Of a DNA stretch of 64,000 bases, positions 25,453-38,700 are shown piece by piece. Under the pieces are notes generated by a model, which saw nothing but the letters and a program-made list of their open reading frames with translations, did not search any database and had not been told where the DNA came from. Made by a program: the position numbers and the translations under genes. Each line of letters opens with the position of its first letter. The stretch's first letter is position 1. Origin of the DNA: Klebsormidium nitens (Eukaryota > Plantae > Klebsormidiophyceae); NCBI GenBank assembly GCA_000708835.1, contig DF236984.1:186001-250000 (forward strand), given 5' to 3'.

Positions 25453-25724
25453 GCTGGTATGCGGCTGCTGATGTTCCGTGTTCAGTGTTCAGTGAAAAGT
25501 GGGTATCTGATTTTGCAGCTTGCTAAATCTCCAGCGGCGTCCAGCTGATCAAGCTTATGCGCGCGCGACCCCGCCAGCGGCCGCTTTGCGTCAGTCAGCC
25601 AGGGTTCAAGGGTTTGGGGGAGTCGTACTGATGTCATCAGTGCTCATCACCATACCCGGAACTTTGAGCGCGAGCGGTCCCGCGCAGCGCAAGGTGCGTG
25701 AGCGCCACACAGAGAGACGAAGAT

Positions 25725-25732
25725 TAGGGTTT
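25725..25732. promoter_or_regulatory. Telo-box (TAGGGTTT, reverse of AAACCCTA) in the divergent region between cluster copy C and DRC2
   Basis: Exact motif ~120 bp upstream of the DRC2 ATG; function not demonstrated. Confidence 0.4.
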
Positions 25733-25853
25733 GACGAGAGCAGAAGCTGAAGCCTAAGGAATGCAGGGCGCTCTGTAGCGAAGCCCAGGAGCGGGAGATA
25801 TCGCCCCTTGTTTCGACAATCCTTGAAAGCGGTGCACTAGCAGGATCGCAAGC

Positions 25854-28800
25854 ATGGCGAAGAAAGGAAAGAAGGACTCAAAGCCTTTAACGGAGGAGGA
25901 GAAACTGGTCAGGCAAGAAATGCTGGCTTTGCAAGCAGAGGAGGAGCGCAAGAAGCAGGAGGAAGATGCAAAGAAACGGCTCAAGGATAAGAAGGTAAGG
26001 GTCAGCACGACGTTGGAATTTGATGTATGTTTTGCGACCCTAGTGTCTACTATTATGAATGGAAATCAAGCGGTTTCTGACATGAGATTTCTGGCTGTAG
26101 TTTCAAAGCGAATGCGAGTGCATAGGTACAGTGTGGCCCTTGCAATTGGCCGAGCCAAACTGTCAGCATCTTCAGCAGCCAAACACTACACAAGTGATGA
26201 TGCTGGGCAAGGTCGCTGCCCTGCTGAATAGTGAGTACTTACAGTGAGCAAACTTCTCAGCGTAGCTCGCCGTGTGTAGTGTATACTGCTGCAGAACCTC
26301 TGCTTGTGCAGGGATGCTGATCTCTTCCTGTATTTGTCGCAACTTTCTGCCTCTACCTGTGGCACTCCTTGATTTTGCGCCTCGATTGGGGGATCTGAGA
26401 ATACATTGGCCGGAAAGCGGGGCATGTGGGAAAGTGGTTGAGGAAAAAGCGGAGTTTGCAAGCGTTCTGCAACTTTTGGCATTGCGGGGCAACACTGGAT
26501 TTCCCCTAATCTTCAGAGGTTGCTGGATGCAATGCACCCCAGCCCGTACTGCTATCTGAGCTCAGAGTTGCGCTCGTTCTGCAACCAGCAGACTCGTTCC
26601 TCTGCTTTGACCGACATCACATGTGGCATAACAGCAGATGTACTCGGCAGCTTGTGTGGCTTCCACGTGATGCAGGAAAAGGAAAAGAGTATCATGGAGA
26701 GTCCACATGCATTGGCCAAATCAGAATTGCCAATCAGCTTGGAGACAGTATGTCTACCAAATTCCAAACGTCTTTCTCGACAGAGACACTCAGTTTGAAC
26801 TGCTACCTGTGCACAGCTACTACAGGGAACAAAGGTGAAGCTAGCAGAGGCCAGCAGTCTGGTGACTGAGGCGCAGTCGCACCCAAGCCTTGACAAACTT
26901 ACCCAGCTGAAAATGTTTAGCCAATTACCCTGCTTCACACAGCATTTATTTGTGTCTTTGGACTTTCAATCTGTTCTTTGGGAGGAAGAGAAGTCTGCCT
27001 GCGTCATGTTCCGCCTGACTCGCACGTTGATGCGCATCGGATCTAAGAAAGATAATCTTGAACTTAGCTTTCAAGCCCCTGGTTTTGAAGTAAGGAAACC
27101 GGCATCTTATTTGCAGGCGACGAAGGAAAGATTATCCTCGCATTTAGGATGCCCCGTACGCAGTCTCGCAACCTCGTTATCCGGCAGGTCAGACTTATCT
27201 TTCCGACCTGACCGAAGATTCGAGCTCCCAGATTTCAAAACTCAACTTTCGACTCTCATTTGCAGGAGACGGAGGAGAAGTACGCCCGCATCAATGGCCT
27301 CAAGATCCACACGCAGTGGCGCAAGTTCATGCGGCAGGCCAAGGTGGACGAGCTGCGGCGCGACATCGAGATCCTGAGCCAGCAGCACGAGCGGGAGGTC
27401 GACCGCAAGGATGCCATCATTCAGATGCTGGACAAAGATCTGGACGATGGTGAGATCGTCTGGAACTCCCTATTTCTGCGACTATTTGGTTCTAGGCAGC
27501 TGGACATGCCTTACTCATCTTACATCCATTCTGGTGCTTTGGAGATTGTGCTAGCAGCACAATCGGGAGGTCGAACATAAGGATGCCATCATTCAGATGC
27601 TCGACAAAGATCTGGACGATGGTGAGAATGTCTTAAACTGGTTACATTTTGGGTCTATTGCGTGAGCCGAAATTAGATCGTTCGTTTGTGACCAATTTGG
27701 CTTCATGAGAAGATTTCTGGGGCAGCAGCATGAGGGGAAGGTCAACCGCAAGGACGCCCTCGTTCAGATGCTGGTCACTTTGGTGATGGTGCGCGTCAAG
27801 ATAATTGTATCTGTGATGCCCTTCCGATTGCATTGCCTCTTTGGCAGATGTTTTGAGCTGGCGTTGAAAGAGGAGCGGGCTCGGAAACGGCCGTCAATCA
27901 GATGTGAACGGAAATCTGATCAACAATGAGGCCGTTTGAAATCTGGTGTGTAATGAGCTCTCACGCCAATAGTTCCTTCTCTGACTTGATCAGCAGTTTC
28001 AGCGTAGCAGCACAAGTGTTATTTCACTGTTGGTATCGCATCGATTAAATGCCCAGGACAGGCACAAAGTACCCTGTTTCCTTCTAATATCACGCTTTAC
28101 GTTCTCTTGAATTTCGCGAGTCGGATTCACTCTGGCACGTTCGGAGGTTGAAAGATTGTATGCCATGCGCAGCTGAGAGCCAGCACCAGACGGCCCTACG
28201 CGCGCACCTCCAAACCGTGGACGCAATCATCGAGCTGCAGTATGAGCGGATCAAGGTCCGCGTTGTAACGCTCCTACTTCGTAAAGCGTTCTTATTACAC
28301 GATTCAACGTCCGCTTAGCAAGCTTGTGCACGTGATGGTGCTTCGCTTTCGTCCCACTGCGAATGTATGCTTTGAAAGACCATCGTAAGCTCCAGGAAGC
28401 TTGATCTCACAAGAGCAGCCACCGACTTGGTCACAATCACTGGCCCTTACGGGCCAATGGTGGCTTCAACATGCTGAAGCCCGCAGCGTTTAGCAGCTTC
28501 TCACAAGCTGACCAGAAGCCAAGCCATAGGGTCAAAGAAGCGAGCACGTTACTGGCAGTTCAAGGGGATCCGACCCGACTCAATCACAATAGAGTTATAG
28601 CCACCTCCACGATCTCACGTCAGCTGGCCGTTGTCAAGGGACCGCAAAGGTGGTATGGCGGGCAACTTCTCACCCTTTGCACTTGTATAAGGACGCGTTT
28701 TGTTTAATGTCGCCGTCCTTACGTGAATTCTGAGCGGTTCCTCGCTGGAATTTACTATGAAATCGTTCGGATGCAGGCGTTGGAAGCGGAGTTCCAAAAG

Positions 28801-31800
28801 GCCCTGCAAGCGCTCTCAGACGAGTTTGACAGCGAAAAGGCGGAGATCCAGAACAGCCACAACAAGCAGAAAAAGGTGCGCTTCAGGACGACTTGATCCA
28901 CAATTAGCCGCCCGCCGCTTGAAGCAGTGCCCAAAGAGATCAATTTTATCTCTGTTCTTAAGCAAGGCCAGAAGGCGTTTTCTCTCTGTGCAGCAGCCGT
29001 CAGGCAATGTAATACATACAGACCGCGCTGGAGGAGACTACTCTTTCTAAAAACCGTTGTCCTAATATTTCAGGCCTTGTTTCGCATCTCACGGCATTTT
29101 GATTCAATGACAACCAGTCCTTGCTGATTGCAAGTGGACCATTACGCCCCATGTCTGTCGTTCCCTCCACCTTCCGAAGTCCCATCTGCCTTTTGGACGG
29201 TCAAGTTGGTGGATTTGCTTGAGTATACCAATTTTTCCCTTCAACTTCTGGAATTACAGTCAACCGTCTGATTACTTCCACCTTCCAGAGTTCTGTCTTC
29301 CTTGGACGTTTAAAGTAGTGGACTTGCTAGTGGTGTCCGATCGTCCCTGCATCTCTTCGTAATCACAGTCAACCGTCCGATTACTCCGCAGGAACTGCTG
29401 GAGATGGCGGTGGCCATGGAGGCCGAGTTCGAGGAGGCGGAGGGCGAGGCGCGACAAGAGTTTGAATCTCAAAGAGAAGAGATCAAGGTAAATTGGACCT
29501 TCTAAAACACGCAAAGTGACGCACCAGCTCGTCTGTCAAGCTCACGCACTTATTCGACGCTACGGTGTGATCAAAAGCAAGACCTCAGCGTGCAAGGTAA
29601 AATGTGCGTGTATAGTGGACGTCGATTGGGGGCTGGAGAAGCGTTCATTGCCATCGAACTTGTTATGGCTGATAAGGTATATTTTCGACGACTTTGGTGC
29701 CGGCCTTCGTAGCTTGCAAAGGTGCCGAATGCCTTGAAATGTGAGCAGCTGATTAAATTTCTACCTTTTGAATTCCGTTTAGGGGAACAAGAGACAGCTT
29801 TCAGTCCTCTTTCTTGAGCTGTCAGCTCCAACGCAAATATTCGCGACCAGTGTCCCTGGACAAATGACGTGAGTTTTTTCGATCTGAGCTACGCTGCCAT
29901 CCTCGCTTTGCAGAATCGCAACTCGGAAGAGTACAACGTCCTGAAAATCAGCCTTGAGGGCGCAATCGAGGAGCTCGAGCGAGAATTCGAGCAAGCGCAC
30001 CAGGCGAGTTTGCAAATGTGCTTCTTTCCGCTGTTGGCTGATCGCTCCAATGATGCTGTCTTTGAAGCAGTATCATCAAACCGAACATATGTGCATGAAA
30101 AAGATGGTTTATTCGAGATCAACCCGTTTGGAGAGAAGATTGAGGACATGCGCACAGAAGGCGAAAGCAGTTCTGCGAAAAAATGGACGTCACTGATGGT
30201 TCGTCTAGCAATATTGTCTCGCGACCCGCCACACTTAGAAGAGATGTACCTGCGCCGATTGCGCTACCTTAGGGCCAAAGGCGCCGCCCAGTCCTTAAAG
30301 AAAGTGGAAGAAACGGGAACCACCGCTGACATTGAATCGGTATGCAGGCGTATCTGGACAGCACGGAGAGCCGCACGCAGTCGTTCAAGGAGCTGACGGC
30401 CAAGGACGCGTCGAGCGCTAAGATCATTGAGCAGCGCATGCGCAAGCTGATCCGGCTGCACGAGCAGATCGCGCAGTGGCGCACCAAGATGGCGACCAGC
30501 AGGTGCGCGAGCATTTCGCAAACGCGCATTCTCTGGTTTAGTAAGAAAACGTTTGCCCGAGAAGGCGAGTCGAGTCAAAGTAGCTTATGAGTGCCAAGCG
30601 ATTTGCGCAGTGGCCCACCGAGGTGGCAAACAGCTGGTAGGCGAGATTTTTTTTTATGGGCATCCTTGGGGTCATAAGGTTTGAGAGGAAACCGTTCGCT
30701 CGTGAACCAGGATTTAGAGTAGCTGTGAGTGCTGTGTATACCTGTCCCACGGCGACCGAGGGACTGACGGACCGCGGCTCTATTGCTGGAATTGGGTCTC
30801 ATCAGTCAATACAGAAGTTTTCCAGAGAATTTTCTGGCTGCCGTCAACGCGCAAGTCCTCTATTAACACTCATGTTACGTCCCGCTCAGCCTTTCCAAGA
30901 TGAGCTCTGAGCAGCTATTCGTGGCGCTTAATCCAAGAGTCTTCGAACGTTCCTTCCGAAACCCTGTGAAAAATTCCGTCCGTTCTGCTCCCTTGCAGTC
31001 GTGAGTGGGAGCAGCGGAACAAGGCGCTCAAGGACGAAAAGGACATGATGGTCAAACACTACCAGGTGAGTATTTCTGGGCTTGCTTCAGTTTGAGGTCT
31101 AAGGGTCTCGAGTGCTGGATTTCAAGGAATTTTTCGTTACGTCTCTTCCTCTTGTAACGTTTAGCCATTTGGCACAAAGAGAAATAGAGACCGCAATGCC
31201 GTGAATCAGAGTGATGAGACAGTCATGAACATGAGGGAAAAGGCGAGGAAGAGAGGCATGCTAAAGGATGCCATGTCGCCCCCTTACGAGCTGTTATTGA
31301 AGATGAACCGGACGCGGCAAGCAAACCACCGCTGGTCTTACAGGTCCAATCTCCTCGGACAAAGAGCCCAACACTTTGTGAAGAGGCGTAGAACGTCAAG
31401 AATGATAGCGAGGAAGACATGATCGTTGCTGATGATGACATGCGTCATCACTGCAGAGGCTGAGGTCAAAGTTGAACCGCGGCGCAGCGAACTACAATTG
31501 GTTTCATTGAGCACTTTTTTTTCCACAGAAACCAACAGCTGACAGACAGCCCAATGGACGAAGAGCGATAGCTGAGAGGGGAGTGATCGTTTCTGAGAGT
31601 GCCACGTGTCACTATCGCAGGAGCTCAAGTCGAAGATGAACCGGATGCGGCAGGCGGAGCACGAGCGGCTGAAGCAGCTGTCGCTGTACAGCGGGGAGGC
31701 GATCAAGGAGCTGGAGCGGAAACTGGAGCAGGCGGAACGGATACTCAAGCTAGCGGAACTCAACCGAAAGGTGGGCATATACACTCTGCTGCATCAATAG

Positions 31801-34389
31801 TGCTGATGTGAAATTAGAGGAGTGACTTGTTTTTTGCGGATGCATACGCGAAGGAGGTGAAGTGATACTAGAACAGGCAAGAATAGTGTGAGAAATCATC
31901 AAGAAACAGCCACTTCTAGAATCGGCATCGGGCGTGCTTTAAGTAGTCTCCAGAGCGAGTCTTCCTTTTAAGAGGTGGAGGTCGAGTACTCAAGGTTGAG
32001 GGTTGAGGGCCCTCGCAAATGTTTTGGACTCCGTGACGAACGTGGAACGCTACGCTAACAGCCTGCAGGAGGAACGGCAATGCAAAGTCGAAGCTGCTTG
32101 GTGAACTTTTCTGTCTGGGGCTGATCTGAAGACGACTTCTGTTATTTTCGTTGCTTCGTCCTGCTTCTTGTTCAGGCGGCTCTTCTTGTGTTCTCTTCCA
32201 ATCAGTGTGCTCTTCCTGCCAACTACCTTCGCGTTATCACAGTCAAGGGCGTCCTTGATGTGCCGTCTTCGTCGGGCTTCGCCATCCTTTAAGCTAGTTT
32301 TATCCATTGCTTTCGTCGTATTTTACCAGTCCTTTCTCTGCGCGTTTCCTCCATTTTCATCAAAGTCGTTCATTCTCGCCCGCAGATGGAGACGGAGCAA
32401 GAGAAGATCCTACCGTTCGATCCCACCCACGTGTCAACCATCCCGATACCCGCCGCCGACGAGCTCCTCGCCAGCGCATCGCTCCAGGACGTTCGAGACG
32501 GAGGGTATTCGGATGCAGAGGCTCCAACCAGTCCGCTGAACGGATTTGGAAGCGGAAGAGAAACGGAGGCCCTAGCTCAGGCCATGCGGGACTTTGGAGG
32601 GGGCTTGAATTCAGCGGACGGGTAAGGACCTGCGGGCGTTCCCTTGCCTTATTTGTTCTTAAGGGGTTGAGGATCAGAGCCACGGTACAGCAATCGGTAA
32701 GTTTTCCCTTGAAATTCACGCGATATGATGGTAAGAGAGGATTGCCACGGAGATCCGACGCGTAGCGCAGAAGGAAGCCTTACGAAGGTTTGTCGGGTGC
32801 GCGTTGTGTTTCGACTTTTATCTCCTACTTCACGATCCAGTTTTTGATTCACTGCCGCTTGGTGTTAAACCGTCCCCGAGATGTCTTCAAAGGTGAGCTG
32901 TTCCTAGGGCGACTTGACTAAGTAGCTCCTCTCAAGTGGGGACACGAGATTAGAAGCCTGCTGTTGGTAATTCGGTCGAAGACCCTTCACGAAACTCGAT
33001 TCGTTGTTCACTTGCAAGTTCCTAGTTTTGCGTCTGCGCGGAAGACAAAGGAAAAGGTGCGAGTGTCTCCCATTGCTTCCGTTTTGACTTTGTAGGGACA
33101 GCGTTCTGCTTCACAACGAGGTGTCAAAACGGGGGTGCTTGTAATGTGATGCTAACGATTCTTCGCTTTCAGGGACTTCACGCGCGAAGAAAGCGAAGCG
33201 GCCCCCACGCTATGCGCATACGCAACCGACGAGAACGGGAAGCTCGTACCCGAGTGGCACTACCTATCCAACTTTTTCAAGCGGTACAACAAAGTCATTC
33301 TGGACAAAGCGGCTCTTGACAAAGAAAAGCGGCGGCTTTTGGATGACAACGCAAAGCTCAAGTACGTACTGAAGCAGTACCTGGACGGGATCACGGTCAA
33401 CGGGGAGGTGCTCAAAGACCCGAAGAACCCGCTACTGGTGAGTGCCGGAAGATTCGCGCGCTGGGAAGTCTAGAAGTAATCTAAAAATTGTGGTGGATGG
33501 AAAGGTGCGAAAGGACCTGTAGAACCCGCTACTGGTGAGTGCCGGAAGAATTGCGCGCGGGGAAGGGTAGAGGTTCTAAAATCATTGTGAATGGAATGTT
33601 GCGCAAGGACCCGTAGAACCCGCTTCTGGTGAGTTGCCGGGGAGATTGTTATTTGGGAAGTCTAAAAGCTCTAGGGTGAGTCAAGGACCCGCTACTGGTA
33701 AATGCCAGGGAGAAGGCGTTGTGGGAGGTTTAAAGTTGTTCGTTTCCCTGTATTAGTACGTGCAGCAGGTTCTGTCCATGAGCACAGCTCTGTCTGGTTC
33801 CACGAAAGCTGTCACACCGATGGTCGTGAATCAAAATGTGCCTGTTGTGATAACAGCAAAAGCCCAAGAATGTTTCGATGTCAGCGAGTGCCCAAAAAGT
33901 TATCTTCTGAGTTACAATGAGGAGCTCACGCGAGAACGAGAAGGACAAGAAGGACCCCCTTGATTCGGCTTATGATGACAGCGCGCGACGCAATGAGAAT
34001 TCTCAAATAGTCACAAGTTCCGAGTCGTCCACGCCGACCCACTGCTCTTTTTTCAAAAATTGACGCAGACCGCTCATCCGTCCTCTTTCCGGCCGTTTGC
34101 AGGTGGTAATCTACTGGCGACTAAACTTCATGAAGATTGTGACCGTCATTTCGCTGCTCTCTTACACCTAGACTTAGCACAGAGCTCATTCGCTTCGTTT
34201 TCCGTTCATTCGCAGGTAGTGAACAACCGGCGCCAGAACTTCATGAAGACCGCCAGCATGACCGCCGGTCTCGCGCCCAAGTCCGTCAACACGCTGCCCA
34301 TTCCGTCCGCCGAGCAGAGCCGGCGAAACACCGCGATGAGCAGCCAGAAGAAGGGCGTCACCGTCTTACAATACAACATGCCGTCCTAG
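25854..34389 (+). CDS. DRC2: Dynein regulatory complex subunit 2 (CCDC65), flagellar coiled-coil protein
   Basis: Exons 25854-25994, 27266-27449, 28173-28255, 28777-28875, 29392-29487, 29914-30003 (GC donor), 30348-30502, 30999-31065, 31621-31770, 32386-32621, 33173-33437, 34216-34389, all in phase. Motifs [11 protein letters not shown]...[55 protein letters not shown]...NPLL. Confidence 0.92.
27542..27780 (+). repeat. Two intronic copies of the 3' end of DRC2 exon 2
   Basis: 27579-27627 matches 27407-27455 at all but one base, including the gtgaga donor; a more diverged copy lies at ~27712-27780. Confidence 0.9.
33400..33715 (+). repeat. Four tandem ~70-100 bp units containing the DRC2 exon 33173-33437 end and its donor
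   Basis: agaacccgctactggtgagtgccggaaga at 33424 and 33521 (identical), variants at ~33615 and ~33683. Confidence 0.9.
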
Positions 34390-34454
34390 CAATGGTCTGT
34401 CTTTCAGCGGGGAAAAACTTCATCAACTTGCGGAACGGGTACGGGAAGGTTCTG

Positions 34455-34865
34455 CTAGACTAGCGAGGGCCGTCGCTGCGGTGATGGGCCAATCCAGGAG
34501 TCGGCCGAGCTGCCGAAGAAAACAACTGTTCTCCTATATTCAATCTTAATTGTACAAAATGGTCTGAAAGAATCCAATGTAACAGGCTGCATTGGCGTCG
34601 GGCGCTGCTTCTCGTTGGCCGTCAACGTGCTTTTCGAATTGTCGCTGGGGATTAGCTTGACAATGCATGGCGCGAGATCGCTCCCGGGCCCTCTCTCTTT
34701 TGGAACGAATCTGAATTCGATCATGTATGCTAAATATTCCGTTGTCTGGCCGGCCTGCAGTGACATGCGAAGGTAAATTGCGGCCTCACCAGGCAACACT
34801 GAGCGGCGGCCTTGAACATTGATGATGCAAATGCCTGATTCAGGCGGCGCCATCCGATAGCTCAT
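34455..34865 (-). CDS. Possible single-exon hypothetical protein (136 aa)
   Basis: ATG-initiated ORF tail-to-tail with DRC2; no recognisable motif; may be non-coding. Confidence 0.25.
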   Translation of the reverse strand: MSYRMAPPESGICIINVQGRRSVLPGEAAIYLRMSLQAGQTTEYLAYMIEFRFVPKERGPGSDLAPCIVKLIPSDNSKSTLTANEKQRPTPMQPVTLDSFRPFCTIKIEYRRTVVFFGSSADSWIGPSPQRRPSLV

Positions 34866-35778
34866 GCAAGTGCGTCAACGCAGGTCATCATTCATTCCGA
34901 TGATCGTTTCCGAATTGCATATCAAAAAGCCTGGCTCTTGGAGTGACGGGGTAAGGACGTTAAAAATGTAGCTAGATATAATGGCTAGGGCCATGTCGGA
35001 TCGGACCGTCGTCGTTTGTATATAGGTCACATTACGGTCGGTCGGACAACACATGTGCTAAATGATAGATATATTGCATGTAGTAAGCCATGCAGTACGT
35101 ACGTACTGCTGGCAAAGCGCTCACGATCGGTAATGCTGTCCAATTACTACATGAGATTTAATATGTTAACATGTGTAAGTGACAAATGACTGCCCGCGGC
35201 GCGGCCCCGGGCCCCGTGACATATGTCACTACTCCGCAACTTGAAGTCAAACCATGCTACATAGCATAAAAGCTTCACTAAGTGCACCAGGCCAATCATT
35301 GCCAGCAGCGACATATATGCCTGGCAGGCATGGGGCGCGCATGTGATTGCGCCCCCGGGCAGCCGTGGTCACACAATGATGGCACCGAAATGCTCCTACT
35401 CAGCAAGTCCTGCCATATGGCATAGTCTACTAGAACGCACATTTGTGGCTGACTGAGTCCTATAGCCTTCGAATCTGAGCGTGACTGTGGTAGCATGTGG
35501 GGAGATTACGACAACATGGATTTAAAACACATCTTATCAAAAAGGCCAGCAGCCAGGCGGCAGCGCCTGACTTGCATTGAACCACATATTAAGCGCAAGC
35601 GTCAAACAGGTCGGTGGCACCCATTGCAGGCCTAAGTTATGATACCGGACATGCCAGAGCACTGATAAGTTATAACCGGACATAAGCAGAAGGCTTGAGT
35701 CGAGATAAATCAGTGCCAGTTCAGAGCGTTGCAATACGTAAGTACATAAGTGTTTTTCGATCGCGACACAACTGTCAA

Positions 35779-38700
35779 TTACGCAGCAGTCTCCTCCTCG
35801 GCAGGGGTGGGAGCTGCCGGCTGGATGAGGGCGATGGGAGAGGGCTCTTTCCGGTCCTCGATACGGCCCGCAATACGGTCCAGATCTCTTTGCCCGTCGG
35901 ACGTGATCCTCCTTCCACTGCAAAAGAGATTGCTTACGAGTAAGATAACCACTTGCACAACTCGACTGTGACATATTCGAAAGTGCTTCGTGAGAGAGGT
36001 TTTCAAACCAATCCTTTCTATTGACCTGACTGAATGTTGTGAACATAAACGGCAACGTGCCCCCAAAATCTCGCATAAAATGAGCCAAAAAAACGATGCC
36101 CGCTTCTCTACTCCACCCCAAGAACGTATTGTTTGCAGAGTCACCCAGCGCAGTTGCCCTTCGCCTATGCAGCCTACAAGTGCTAAGTAGTTTGTTAGCA
36201 GCTGAGATTCAACGCCTGAGCCAACAGACGTGCCCCGCAGTGAACAGGATCACAAAGGTGCACGTCGCCGCACGCTTACGTGCAAACATCGCCACTTGAA
36301 AGGCACCCCTTGAAGCTCAAGTGAGTTTGTCCCAACCTATAGGAATGCCACTCAAACGAACGTATGCTGCTCCCCACCGCAGCACAAACCTGAGTGCGGA
36401 AGACCAAAGGCGCAAACAAGACTGAATGAGGTCTATTAACGCTCACCCGTTGGGGTGCTTCTCCAGGATCTTGAGCGCCTCGAGCTGCTGCATGACGTGC
36501 CGCTGGACGGAGCCGCTCGCCTTGGCGTAGTGCCCGGGCCGCACGCCCCGGTTGCTCTTGCCGCCTGCGGAAGAGAGGGGGGCAATATTGACACGTCAGA
36601 CTGAGGGTCCCAAAGCATGTGTCACAGGGCGCACCTGGCAGATTCAACAAGAAGGGAGGAAGCGAGAAATGCTTAACAAGGTCGTTTACGATGCGGAAGG
36701 TAACAAAGACCCACTCGTGCTTCTATCTTCCAATACTGCTTGAGAATATTGCGTTTTGTGAGCGTCCCTGAGGATCTCCAGATTCTGGTTCTGGAGAAAC
36801 GCTTGAAAGGAAGCACGTTCTTCTGAGAAAAAAGCACAGCTGCAACTCGGGAAAATTGGAGTCACGAGTGGGAACTTGCAACAGCAGACAAGAAAAGGAA
36901 CAACCGAGACGCAAGGACAGGCATACTGAGTGGTTTACAAGCGCAAAATCTCCAAAATGATGGGAACGTTGAAAAGGAACCAGACTTTCCCCCCATCAGC
37001 AATCCTCAGGCCTGGAAGACGAAGAATAGGCAGAGTGCAAAAAACAAGGAGCGGCCTTAGCTTGCAACAAGCATGAAGCGAGCACACAGCTGACAACCAT
37101 TTTGGAACACGAATTACAAAAAGAGCAATCAGACTGCGGAGCAACAAAAACTGCCTTCTGCGTATAGCCACCCATGAGATGAAAGGGCTCATTGATGGCA
37201 TTATCATTGCCTGCCGCTAAGGCTTGCAAGCTGTCGGTGTGCACCAGACCAAAGCTACTGCATATCTTGGTTCTCGGGTTCAAGTTGACTCAAAAGACAA
37301 CCAGACATACTGTCGTGACCAGAGCAGCCCACCATGTACAAAGTGAGGAAACGTTTTGGCACCGGAGGAACCACTTCGTAGATAGCGTCTCGAAACAGCT
37401 TAAACTATCTTGAATGCAAAACGCCAGCAACCCAGCAACTCTAAATCTTGAGAGGTTGGAAGTGCAGATCAAAGTTGAAGCACAAAGAGTATTGAGCAGA
37501 AAAGAACTCTTGTCTTCTATTATGTCAAATCATGACAGGCGCACATGTCAACGAGGGCTTCAGTCAAAGTCAAAAACAGCTATTGATGCGTTAACCCTGT
37601 AGGGTATAGGCCGTAACTGCACCGCGTGTCCCGCATCAGCAGCACATGGTGTTTTCAATGGGCTGCGCCAACTCGTCTTTTTGCGCGTCTCAATCCTATC
37701 AACATTGTGATACATCATCTGCGAGACGGTGCCGCATATAGCCAAAGCTATTCAACAATTACGTCAGACGTGACTCAGCCAACTACGACACTAGCGGAGC
37801 GCGACTGCTTCACCAATAGAAATGTGCATCATCGCAAATATCAGTGCCCTTAGGTGCTTGGAACTATCAGCTATGGAATCTGTGGCTGGTCGTTCCAGCG
37901 CCGGAACAAAACTGTGGACTGATGACGAGAGTGTAGCAGAAAAAGTTGGGAACATCGCCTGGCCTCAGAGATCTTGGTGATATGTTTAACATCAGCCAGC
38001 CGTTTTGACTGTCAAGAGTAGCAAATATTGTGTTCCATCATTGGCCAGGGAACGTATAGAACAAGAAAGCAGGCAACGTCGTTTTAGAAAAAACAACTCA
38101 ACTTTTTCCGCGTGTACATCATCAAGCTGCGCTCCTTTGACAAAAGAGCGGGCCAACAAGCTTAAAAGTGCCGCTCTTTGCAGCTTCTGAGACCCCCGCA
38201 AAAACTACCCCAAAACACGCTAAATGTAACTTGACCAATAGAGCATCATTCAAAACCATCCAGTAGACCAAAGTAGCACACCTTCCGCAGCCCCGCTCAA
38301 TGTTGTCCACAATCAACTAGACTGGCGCACTTTTTTATAAAAACAACCGGTGCCACTCACCGAACCGCTTCTTCAGCCCGCCAACCCCGACGCCCCCCCG
38401 GAGGTAGATGTGCCTAGCGATGGAGGCCGCCCTGACATAGTACCAGTCCGCATCGAAGGGGCACAGCTCCTTGTATGCGGCGGTCTTGACCAGGTCATGC
38501 CAAGGGGGGAGCTCGATCTGTAAAAAAAAAGGAAGAAAAGCAGAGACGATAAATGACAGAGAGCACACGCACTCTGACGCCGTAAGTGGCTGCACGACTG
38601 ACCACAATGCACAGTGGACGCCAAACTGGGTCGGAACAGACTGTAAGGTTCAAAAGCTTGGAGCACTCTGTTTCATGACGGCCAATTCAAATTCCTTCAA

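Larger units (their letters stand above)
13100..25600. repeat. Local tandem triplication of a ~4 kb gene unit
   Basis: Three collinear copies of the same four exons; shared 3' flank (gtcgagacggtca near 13730, 17760, 22035) and a GC-rich upstream motif (gcgggcgcgcggccgaccg near 13137 and 21449). Confidence 0.9.

Noticed and set aside
26835-27377. 180-aa ORF inside DRC2 intron 1
   Set aside because: No motif; overlaps DRC2 exon 2 out of frame; exon 1 joins exon 2 cleanly without it.
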